Assembly: GCA_014729445.1 (NCBI GenBank)
Contig: WJJX01000108.1
Coordinates: forward strand, 1 to 46,405
DNA: 46,405 nucleotides
From: Candidatus Moraniibacteriota bacterium
Lineage (GTDB): Bacteria > Patescibacteriota > Minisyncoccia > CAIUEV01 > JAHKAQ01
Direction: 5' to 3'
Below are positions 29,708-37,272 of this stretch, one piece after another (position 1 is the first letter of the stretch; every line of letters starts with the position of its first letter). The notes beneath the pieces were generated by a model. It did not search any database and had not been told where the DNA came from. It saw only the letters and a program-made list of their open reading frames with translations. Made by a program: the position numbers and the translations under genes.

Positions 29708-31321
29708 TTAACCTTTATTGATTTTTCCTAACCTCTCTTTGAATCCTTTCTCCAGATCTTCCTTCATCTCGGCATGAAATTTGCTATCATATCCATCGAC
29801 AAAACCCAAGATAAACCCGCAAGTCTCCTCTTCCGGACAAAAGCCGGCATTAACACATTTAGGCTGAATCAAATAACTTAATTCTTTTAAACCCTTATAA
29901 TCTAAAATTTCTTTTAATTGACGAATCTCTTCTTTGGTTTGTCTAAAGATCTGCTCGTCGGCGGTTGGGCAACTTCTTAATTGATAATATCCGTCAACCA
30001 AATTATATAAATTATATTCCTGAACCATATCGATTCTAATCGCCCTTGGAATCACAAAAACGGCATCCTTTTCTTTGATTCCCAACTTCAGTAAATCATT
30101 GTAAGCCTTCATCGAAGTAAACAAAGCCCTCATATACAATTTTAATGTCTTTTCCTTAAGTCTTAATTTGGACGGAATGGCAAAGACTTTATCGATCTCA
30201 TCCAGAGCATCTTCACTCAATCTTGCTTTCTTGTTGAAATCTTTTTCATGTTTTTTAATCACCGACCAGGCTCTATCAATACAATAATAAATCGATTCCG
30301 TGGTAACGGGAGCGGTTCTATGTCTTTTTTTATCCCGCCAGACCCGCCAACTGACATTTGAAAGGGTTTTCACATTAACCGCATTCTGATAATCTCTAAC
30401 CAATTTTCTCTTTAAATCAAGCAGCTTTCTCCAGTTTTTCCTCAATTTTTCCTTCTCTAAAAACAACTCTTCTTGATATTTTTTAATTTCATTAACCCTT
30501 TCTTTGAAGCCCCGACCCAACAAAGCATCAACATTAAAAACCCTGACTTCGTCCTCTTCGGTTCCAAAATCGGCTTTAATATCGCGCACCAAATGATTTC
30601 TTTTGGGATCTTTAAACAAATTGGGATAGGGATAGGTGTTTTTAGGCGCCGCATCTCTGGTGGCAAAAAGCAAATCAATCCCCAGTCCTCTCATTTCCTT
30701 CTCGATCGCTTTTAAAAGAATGCCCCCCTCTTCAGGCATCCATTTTTTTTCCAGTTCATATTCTCTGGCAAAAGTAGCCAGACTTTCGGCCGGAAGGGTG
30801 ATTATCCCTGTTCCATAAGTTCCGTAATGCAGAATCTTTCCAGCTTCATCCTTAATCACTCCCAGCTTCAATAAATCGTTAAAAACCTTGATATTCAAAT
30901 TAGAGGCTTTTTCATAAAGTTCTTTGGCCTCAAAATTCTTAAAAATGGCGGCCGGACAAACATTATGCGCTTTACTCACTTCAGCGCGTCTGCCTGAATG
31001 CATCAAAGCAGAGCTATGGGTTATTCCGGTCAACATAGAACCAAGCATTTTACTGGCCTCAAAACTAAAACAAAAAACCGGCATTGTCGCCATCGAGGCA
31101 TGACCTCTAAGCGAAGATTTTCGAAGAATCAATTTTACCTTTTTAGTTATATCCTGATGTTTCCTTTGAGCTTCATCTATCAAATCCTCCACCGAATCTC
31201 CTTTAAAGGTTAACAAACCGGAGAAAGCGGCTATTTCCTGAGGGCTTAAATTCAAATTTCTAGTTTTATACTGCGGAATTATACCCAAAAACTTAATTTT
31301 CATATCTGTAGTATTTCTCAT
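29708..31321 (-). CDS. Tandem-domain ThyX-like (flavin-dependent thymidylate synthase family) protein, paralog B
   Basis: 537 aa. The N-half has RGHASMATMPVFCFSFEAS...SGRR (ThyX-like, RHR lost). The C-half has RHRTAPVTTES (RHR-x7-S, codons at 30317-30325) and VIPRA...NLYNLVDGYYQLRS. The helix NDLLKLG(V)IK is duplicated at aa 148 and aa 408. Confidence 0.7.
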   Translation of the reverse strand: MRNTTDMKIKFLGIIPQYKTRNLNLSPQEIAAFSGLLTFKGDSVEDLIDEAQRKHQDITKKVKLILRKSSLRGHASMATMPVFCFSFEASKMLGSMLTGITHSSALMHSGRRAEVSKAHNVCPAAIFKNFEAKELYEKASNLNIKVFNDLLKLGVIKDEAGKILHYGTYGTGIITLPAESLATFAREYELEKKWMPEEGGILLKAIEKEMRGLGIDLLFATRDAAPKNTYPYPNLFKDPKRNHLVRDIKADFGTEEDEVRVFNVDALLGRGFKERVNEIKKYQEELFLEKEKLRKNWRKLLDLKRKLVRDYQNAVNVKTLSNVSWRVWRDKKRHRTAPVTTESIYYCIDRAWSVIKKHEKDFNKKARLSEDALDEIDKVFAIPSKLRLKEKTLKLYMRALFTSMKAYNDLLKLGIKEKDAVFVIPRAIRIDMVQEYNLYNLVDGYYQLRSCPTADEQIFRQTKEEIRQLKEILDYKGLKELSYLIQPKCVNAGFCPEEETCGFILGFVDGYDSKFHAEMKEDLEKGFKERLGKINKG

Positions 31322-31435
31322 AACTTTTATTTTATTATTTAAAATTTAGAGTGAATTCGGTTGAATTATTGCCAAGGCAGGGGATAGCTAAAAATCTTAT
31401 TAAAAAAATCAACTACAAATTCTCTTAAACATTTG

Positions 31436-31464
31436 ATTTTATATAAAAATCAAAAATTTGTCAC
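31436..31464 (-). promoter_or_regulatory. Possible promoter for thyX-like B, overlapped by a 9-5-9 palindrome
   Basis: The minus strand reads GTGACA (31459-31464), a 17 nt spacer, then TAAAAT (31436-31441). The palindrome TTTGATTTT-ATATA-AAAATCAAA spans 31432-31454. Confidence 0.3.
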
Positions 31465-31537
31465 ACCGACTGACAATACCACAAACAAGGGATATCTGTT
31501 TTTTAATTTATTTTTAATTTAAAATAGAGATCTAATG

Positions 31538-32233
31538 TCAATAAGAATTTACTTCTGTCAATCCGACCGCTTCCCAAATCATCTGCGCAATCTCCTTTTT
31601 CGAAAGAATCTTTCCATTTTTCACACAATCAATCCTCTGCACCGCTCCCGATTTTACTAAATCCTCGGCGCTTTTTTTTGCATTATTCAGATGAGAGGCA
31701 CTCTCTTCATAAACGTCTTTTTTTCCACCCAGATACTGCTTTTTTTCGGTTTTATTGCCGGCCAATTTTCTCGCGATATCCAAAGAGACATCCAAATAAA
31801 TAATCAAATCCGGTTTGGGAATCTTAAACACCTCATACTCCATTTTTTCAAGCCATTTTAGATATTTTAATCTCTCTTTTTTGCCTTTTAACTTACCTCC
31901 CTGATGAATAAAATTGGAGCTAACATATCTATCCGACAAAACAATATAACCCTGCTTGATCCATTTCAAAATTTCCCCGCTTGATTCAAAACGGTCACAA
32001 GCGTAGAGAACCGACGTTACATAAGGATCCAAAGTCAAAAAATCTCCATGCTCGCCTTTTAAACATTCTCCGATTAATTTTCCAAAAAAATTATCATAAT
32101 ATCTTGGAAAATCGATTTTTTTCACCTTTCGTCCCTCTTTCTTTAATCGATCGAAAAGCATTTCGGTTTGTGTCGCCTTCCCGCTGCCGTCGATTCCTTC
32201 AATAATAACAAATTTTCCGGCTTTGTTTCGCAT
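31538..32233 (-). CDS. tmk: Thymidylate kinase (canonical)
   Basis: 231 aa with a P-loop IIEGIDGSGKATQ, FPRY and the DRYVSS motif. Confidence 0.9.
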   Translation of the reverse strand: MRNKAGKFVIIEGIDGSGKATQTEMLFDRLKKEGRKVKKIDFPRYYDNFFGKLIGECLKGEHGDFLTLDPYVTSVLYACDRFESSGEILKWIKQGYIVLSDRYVSSNFIHQGGKLKGKKERLKYLKWLEKMEYEVFKIPKPDLIIYLDVSLDIARKLAGNKTEKKQYLGGKKDVYEESASHLNNAKKSAEDLVKSGAVQRIDCVKNGKILSKKEIAQMIWEAVGLTEVNSY

Positions 32234-32238
32234 AAATT

Positions 32239-32721
32239 CTAATTAAAAACCACCTTCATAACCTCAACCTCGCTCTGCCCGAAATAACTCCAGGCCACCT
32301 CGTCTCCATCATAATCTTTTAAATAAAGAACTCTTTTGATTTTAGAATTAATAATAGATTTGGTGCACATCGCGCAGGGCCGATAGGTTACATATAAATC
32401 GGATCCGGAAATATTAACCCCCAAAGAGGCGGCATTCGAAATCGCGTTTAATTCGGCGTGACTTCCCCGGCAGAGACCCTGATGTTTCAAAACTTTAATG
32501 CCCACCTTTTTGGCGCAGCCCACCTCAAAACAATGCTCCAATCCTTTTGGAGGACCATTATAGCCCATACCCAAAAGTTGATTTTCTCTCACCAAAACCG
32601 CTCCCACCTGATAATGCAAACAAACCGACCTGGTCTTTATCTGATCGGTTAGATTAAACCAAAACTCCTCCCATTTAGGTCTTTTGATTCCCTTTTTTAT
32701 CCTCCAAACTTTATTTTTCAT
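32239..32721 (-). CDS. dCMP deaminase (cytidine/deoxycytidylate deaminase zinc-binding family)
   Basis: 160 aa with zinc motifs HAELNAI and PCAMCTKSI, and ComEB-like size. Confidence 0.88.
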   Translation of the reverse strand: MKNKVWRIKKGIKRPKWEEFWFNLTDQIKTRSVCLHYQVGAVLVRENQLLGMGYNGPPKGLEHCFEVGCAKKVGIKVLKHQGLCRGSHAELNAISNAASLGVNISGSDLYVTYRPCAMCTKSIINSKIKRVLYLKDYDGDEVAWSYFGQSEVEVMKVVFN

Positions 32722-32792
32722 ATTTTTATTTATCGATTAAGAACTCTCCTTTGCAGGGTGCCTGTTTGAATTAATAAGCCCGTCATTCATCT

Positions 32793-34178
32793 CTACACCA
32801 ATCTTTTCACAAAATAATTCTCTTCCTGCCTGTTAATCAAATCTCTCCCGCAATAAAGAGGACCTCTCCAGCACTTTCCCTTTCTGTAGCAGGGAGGCTC
32901 AAAAAATTTAACAAGTTCCGTATCCCCCAGTCTTTCTTTAATCTCGGACCTGAGCTGACGGCTCAATTCATAGATATCCCTGGTATTATGCCAGCATAAA
33001 CGACCGGCCTGTTCATGACAAATCGAATTTAAGGAGGATTTTTTAGTATATTCAACCATAGCTCCCAAAGGCGCCAACACCGTGGCCAAAGTTTTATCCA
33101 TATTTTTATAGATAGATCTCCATTGCACCAAAATTTTTCGAGCATCTTTAGCCAAACCCAATGCCTTGGCGATAACCGATAGATAAATATCTCCGGTAAA
33201 AACCGGACGGCTTCTTCTGATAGTTCTATATCTCTGATCCTGACTCATAGTCGCAATCGGCAAATTCACCTTCACAACCAAATCCTTCAAGTTGTTATTC
33301 ATAAAAATCGGCAGATAATGAAGTTTGTCTATCTCATACATCGCGTTTTCCCGAGGGACAATAAAGGAAGCGGCATTTTTTAAAAACTTCAAATCATAAT
33401 TCATAAGTTTCAACTTAAGTTCGAAATCAACCGCTCCTTCTTTCTTTTCTTTCATTTTCGGATACCAAAAATTTTTCTTCCTTTTTTTGGCTTTAAATAA
33501 AAAACTTAAGTCAGGATATTTATTAATAACTTGAGCCGCCATGGAATCCAAAAGAAAGCGCATAACCGGATTCCAGCTTGATTCATACAAAGCGGCCAAA
33601 CTCAACAGATTAATCGAATAAACCAAATTAGTGGGAAATATAGAAGGGATAAAAATCCGCAACTGTTCCTGGGCAATTTTTTCGCTTCTATCTTCAATGA
33701 ACTGATCGCTGGCATAAGGTCTTTCTTTCTTCAATAATTCCTGAGCCATATTTTGAGCCTTGGGCAAATTTAATTGGTAAGTTTCATGGCTCTTTTTTAC
33801 ATAATCTATAACGGCTTTAATTTCCGACTTTTTCAAGGCCCAAAAACCTTTAATGTAATCCTCGATAAAATCTATATCCTCTTCATTATAAAATCTAAGC
33901 CCGAAACTGCCGCTCTTTTGATCGCTATTATAAAAAGGATTCACCAAGTGCAAACCAAAAATGACGTCTCCAATGCTTACGTTTTTGATTTGAAAATTTA
34001 AATTAAAATGAGAAAACGGCGTATGATGCCCGGTATTAAACAATTTTTCCTCAATGTCTATCTCTTTACCAGCCTCACTTTTACTGTTTCCATAACACTC
34101 TTTATAAACGTTAAAAAGCAGTTTTTGAGGATCAAGCTTTGTATGAGAAATCAATTTGATTTGGATAGTCTTTTTCAT
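32793..34178 (-). CDS. Tandem-domain ThyX-like protein, paralog A
   Basis: 461 aa. The N-half TGHHTPFSHFNLNFQIK matches the ThyX HGHETPFEH block, but RHR is replaced by LHL. The C-half has QRYRTIRRS (RYR) and LAPLG...SLNSICHEQAGRLCWHNTRDIYEL. Confidence 0.65.
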   Translation of the reverse strand: MKKTIQIKLISHTKLDPQKLLFNVYKECYGNSKSEAGKEIDIEEKLFNTGHHTPFSHFNLNFQIKNVSIGDVIFGLHLVNPFYNSDQKSGSFGLRFYNEEDIDFIEDYIKGFWALKKSEIKAVIDYVKKSHETYQLNLPKAQNMAQELLKKERPYASDQFIEDRSEKIAQEQLRIFIPSIFPTNLVYSINLLSLAALYESSWNPVMRFLLDSMAAQVINKYPDLSFLFKAKKRKKNFWYPKMKEKKEGAVDFELKLKLMNYDLKFLKNAASFIVPRENAMYEIDKLHYLPIFMNNNLKDLVVKVNLPIATMSQDQRYRTIRRSRPVFTGDIYLSVIAKALGLAKDARKILVQWRSIYKNMDKTLATVLAPLGAMVEYTKKSSLNSICHEQAGRLCWHNTRDIYELSRQLRSEIKERLGDTELVKFFEPPCYRKGKCWRGPLYCGRDLINRQEENYFVKRLV

Positions 34179-34228
34179 TTTTATTTACCGCTATTTTCAA
34201 AACCGAATCGAATTTTACTTTTGAAAAT

Positions 34229-34906
34229 CTAGTCTTTTATTTTAATACTTGGCCCCATTGTGGAAGTAAGATAGAGCCTTTTGATCATTTTCCCCTTCAC
34301 TTTTTGAGGTCTGTTTTTTTCCAGCTTTTCGATAAAATCCTTGTAATTTTCCAACAATTTCTTTTTTCCAAAGGAAAATTTGCCGAGAGCTTGATGAATA
34401 ACTCCAGTTGGGTCGTTTTTAACCGTGACCATTCCTTTTTTTAACAGTTCCACCGTATCTTTGATCTCTTTGGTTACCGTATTATTTTTGGGGCTGGGCA
34501 TTAATCCTTTTGGACCTAATATTTTGGCTATTTTAGCTAATTTAGGCATCATCGACGGATCGGCAATCACTATGTCAAAATCAAGCTTTCTCTTTTTATT
34601 TTTAATTCTTTCAATATCCGCTTCACCCAAAATCACATCCGCGCCGGAAGCTTCCGCCTCTTTGGCTTTAGTGCCTTCGGCAAAAACCGCGACTTTCACT
34701 TTTTTTCCTGTTCCATGGGGCAAATTCAAAGAAAATTTAAAATTCTGCTCCGACTTTTTAGGATCGATATTTAAGTTAACATGGACCTCTAATGTCTCAT
34801 CAAACTTAACCTTGTTCATGGCAAGTAAAAAATCGAGAGCCTGACTGACGTCTTTTATTTCTTCCAATTTAGCTTCATTGTTTCGATAACGCTTACTTCT
34901 TTTCAT
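34229..34906 (-). CDS. rplA: 50S ribosomal protein L1
   Basis: 225 aa with a typical L1 sequence (KFDETLEVHVNLNIDPKK..Q.....NLPHGTGK..KVAVF), downstream of rplK. Confidence 0.95.
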   Translation of the reverse strand: MKRSKRYRNNEAKLEEIKDVSQALDFLLAMNKVKFDETLEVHVNLNIDPKKSEQNFKFSLNLPHGTGKKVKVAVFAEGTKAKEAEASGADVILGEADIERIKNKKRKLDFDIVIADPSMMPKLAKIAKILGPKGLMPSPKNNTVTKEIKDTVELLKKGMVTVKNDPTGVIHQALGKFSFGKKKLLENYKDFIEKLEKNRPQKVKGKMIKRLYLTSTMGPSIKIKD

Positions 34907-34937
34907 CTTATATAATTTTTTAAGTATTATTCTGAAT

Positions 34938-35366
34938 TTATTTATTCCAATCCACGTTCACCCCCATACTTCTGGCTGTTCCTCCAATAATTTTTTTGGC
35001 CTCCTCGACGTCGTCGGCGTTTAGATCCTCCTTTTTTCGCTCGGCAATTTCAGCCAGTTGAGTGGCGGTAATGGTCCCCACTTTATCCTTTTGAGGGACT
35101 CCCGAGCCTTTTTTTAATTTCAAAGCTTTTTTGATCAATTCGGCCGCCGGAGGACTCTTTAAACTAAAATCAAAACTTCTGTCTTCATAAACGTTAATGT
35201 CCACCGGTATAACATCCCCCATCATCTCCTTTGTTTTTTCATTGAATTGAGTACAAAAATCCTGAATATTTAAACCATGCTGGCCTAACGCCGGACCGAC
35301 CGGAGGACTCGGATTGGCTTTACCGGCCGGAATCTGTAGCTTAATCACTGTTTTTAACTTTTTCAT
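34938..35366 (-). CDS. rplK: 50S ribosomal protein L11
   Basis: [38 protein letters not shown] is the canonical L11 N-terminus. I prefer the second ATG (35366) over the ORF-track start (35390) because of homology with the usual L11 start. Confidence 0.93.
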   Translation of the reverse strand: MKKLKTVIKLQIPAGKANPSPPVGPALGQHGLNIQDFCTQFNEKTKEMMGDVIPVDINVYEDRSFDFSLKSPPAAELIKKALKLKKGSGVPQKDKVGTITATQLAEIAERKKEDLNADDVEEAKKIIGGTARSMGVNVDWNK

Positions 35367-35404
35367 CTTATTGAATCTTAAAAAAACCAATTATTTTTAT
35401 TGCG

Positions 35405-35425
35405 AATCTCTATCGGTAAGAGATC
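35405..35425 (-). promoter_or_regulatory. Hairpin in the nusG-rplK spacer (possible L11-operon leader element)
   Basis: A 6-7 bp stem (ATCTCT/AGAGAT) with a 7 nt loop sits in the 71 nt spacer where L1-binding leaders occur in other bacteria. Sequence identity to known leaders was not verified. Confidence 0.2.
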
Positions 35426-35461
35426 GGCCAAAAACGAAAATTTTCCTTTCCGCAGAAACTG

Positions 35462-36004
35462 TTACAATTTTTTTAACTGCAAAAAATCCAAATCAACGGG
35501 AGTCTCCCGATTAAACATATTCACCAGAACTTTCACCTTGCCTCTTTCTTTATCAACAAACTGAACCTTTCCGTCAAAATCTTTAAAAGGACCGTCCACA
35601 ATTCTTACAGGATCGCCTTTAAGCAGATTAATTTCGTATTTCGGTTCCTCAACCCCCATTCTCTTCATAATATTATCCACTTCCTGCTTGCTCATTGGAA
35701 TCGGAACAGTACCGGAACCCACAAATCCGGTCACATTAGGCGTATTTCTAACCACATACCAGGAATCGTCGGTAACAATCATCTCAACCATCACATAACC
35801 GGGATAAATTCTTTCCTTGATTACCTTTCTTTTGCCGTTTTTAATCTTGATCTTTTTTTCCGTTGGAACCAAAACATTAAAAATCTTATCCTGCATATCC
35901 AGAGATTCGATCCTCTGGCGTAAATTTTTAGCTACATTATCCTCGTATCCGGAATAAGTATGTAAAACATACCACGCTTTTTCTTTTGGTAAATCCTGTT
36001 TCAT
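35462..36004 (-). CDS. nusG: Transcription termination/antitermination factor NusG
   Basis: 180 aa with an NGN domain (WYVLHTYSGYEDNV) and a KOW motif (GDPVRIVDGPFKDFDGKV). Confidence 0.95.
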   Translation of the reverse strand: MKQDLPKEKAWYVLHTYSGYEDNVAKNLRQRIESLDMQDKIFNVLVPTEKKIKIKNGKRKVIKERIYPGYVMVEMIVTDDSWYVVRNTPNVTGFVGSGTVPIPMSKQEVDNIMKRMGVEEPKYEINLLKGDPVRIVDGPFKDFDGKVQFVDKERGKVKVLVNMFNRETPVDLDFLQLKKL

Positions 36005-36180
36005 AAAACCTTACTTAATAAATAGTTAAAAGTATAGTCCAATGTACCTAAAAAAACGGCGACTCCTAAACTGATTACTATGACCATCTTAGTATATTTT
36101 GTCACCTGCTCCTTGGTCGGCCACTTAACCTTTTTCATTTCCTTTCTGGCCTCCTTTATATATTTTACCAATTTTTTCAT
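36001..36180 (-). CDS. secE: Preprotein translocase subunit SecE
   Basis: 59 aa ORF missing from the track because it is under 60 aa: MKKLVKYIKEARKEMKKVKWPTKEQVTKYTKMVIVISLGVAVFLGTLDYTFNYLLSKVL. It has the typical E..KV.WPT+ motif plus one TM, and an ATGA overlap with nusG. Confidence 0.85.
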   Translation of the reverse strand: MKKLVKYIKEARKEMKKVKWPTKEQVTKYTKMVIVISLGVAVFLGTLDYTFNYLLSKVL

Positions 36181-36282
36181 TACTATTTTTTAAAGATATA
36201 GTTAACCAATTTAATCTGATGATTCTTAATGAGGTGCCCATTATGAATTCATCCATTTACAATTTAACCATATCTCTTAATC

Positions 36283-36308
36283 TTTAAAAAGACCTCCGCG
36301 AGGTCCTT
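36283..36308 (-). terminator. Rho-independent terminator after the PRTase-like gene
   Basis: The minus strand reads AAGGACCTC-GCG-GAGGTCTTTTT, a GC-rich stem followed by a T-run, about 90 nt downstream of the stop at 36397. Confidence 0.6.
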
Positions 36309-36396
36309 GATTTTGTATTATGTAAGATTAGCCAAACAAAAACAATAAGTCAATACCATAACAAATCCAAATCACCTGCAAAGACAATCACATACA

Positions 36397-37215
36397 TCAA
36401 CCACAAAACTCTCTAAACATTTTTGCTGCATTCTTAAAATTATCTTCTATGTAAGGCTCCCCTTTATCATTTGTCATACCAGGAAAATATATATCGCCTA
36501 CTTTTTTTAAGACTTCCATATTCGGAAACGGAGAACTCGGTTCATAATTAAAAAAAACATCTAATGTTTTCGGATTAAAAGATCTAATTTTATTAACTAC
36601 ATTATCCAGCGTATTCCCACTTACAATATCTTTATCAAATAAAATAATTCTACTTGATTCCAATTTATGTTCAAGATTATTTAAGCCGATAAATTTAACG
36701 ATCTTCCTATCATCTCCCCTCTCTACTTGAATAATTTCCGTTTTTAATCCAACCAATAAAAATACACAACCTGAAAAAATCCCCCCTTTTGCAATTGACA
36801 GACCTAAATCATAATTTTCGACAATCTCTTTAGCCAGAAGAAGCGTATCCGCTACTCTAAAAGAAGGATAGTCTTGCCTAAATCCATTATCTGTTAAACT
36901 TTTTATATACTTATTGTAGACCTTATTTTTAATCCTATCCCACATAAAAAAATATATATCAACCCTAACATGCTCTGACTCATTTTCAAAAACACCGCTA
37001 TCCAATCCCTGCATAACTACCTTTTCCATCATTTCCCAATTTTTAGCCTCTTTATAACAACTATATGCAAGAGATAAAAACCCTTCAGATAAAGCATCTT
37101 TAGCCAAAGATTCCATTTCGGGAACGTCAATTTTAGAAGAATTAGTCAAACTTTTATACTTTCTCCAATAATCTTTCTCAAAAGTATCCTCTTCTCCTTT
37201 TTGCTCAATATTCAT
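36397..37215 (-). CDS. Phosphoribosyltransferase-like protein with unknown N-terminal domain
   Basis: 272 aa. The C-terminal half has SIAKGGIF... and RIILFDKDIVSGNTL, which resembles the type I PRTase PRPP-binding loop (hydrophobic x4-D-x-D-x-x-x-G-x-T). Confidence 0.5.
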   Translation of the reverse strand: MNIEQKGEEDTFEKDYWRKYKSLTNSSKIDVPEMESLAKDALSEGFLSLAYSCYKEAKNWEMMEKVVMQGLDSGVFENESEHVRVDIYFFMWDRIKNKVYNKYIKSLTDNGFRQDYPSFRVADTLLLAKEIVENYDLGLSIAKGGIFSGCVFLLVGLKTEIIQVERGDDRKIVKFIGLNNLEHKLESSRIILFDKDIVSGNTLDNVVNKIRSFNPKTLDVFFNYEPSSPFPNMEVLKKVGDIYFPGMTNDKGEPYIEDNFKNAAKMFREFCG

Positions 37216-37272
37216 AGCTAGGTTCTTTAATTTTTTCTATACCAGCCATCTAATTTATAATCTAAATAATTA

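Noticed and set aside
34194-34227. 9 bp inverted repeat TTTTCAAAA-N16-TTTTGAAAA between the rplA stop and the thyX-like A start. It also shares an octamer, ATTCGGTT, with the thyX-like B upstream spacer.
   Set aside because: The stem is entirely A/T with no following T-run. The octamer occurs in opposite orientation relative to the two genes. This is within chance expectation for this composition.
36181-36283. I looked for rpmG (L33) or tRNA-Trp, which commonly precede secE, and for a small ORF starting ATGGATGAATTC...
   Set aside because: There is no cloverleaf and no L33-like Cys/Lys-rich peptide. The only ORFs are short, unconserved-looking, and run into secE out of frame.
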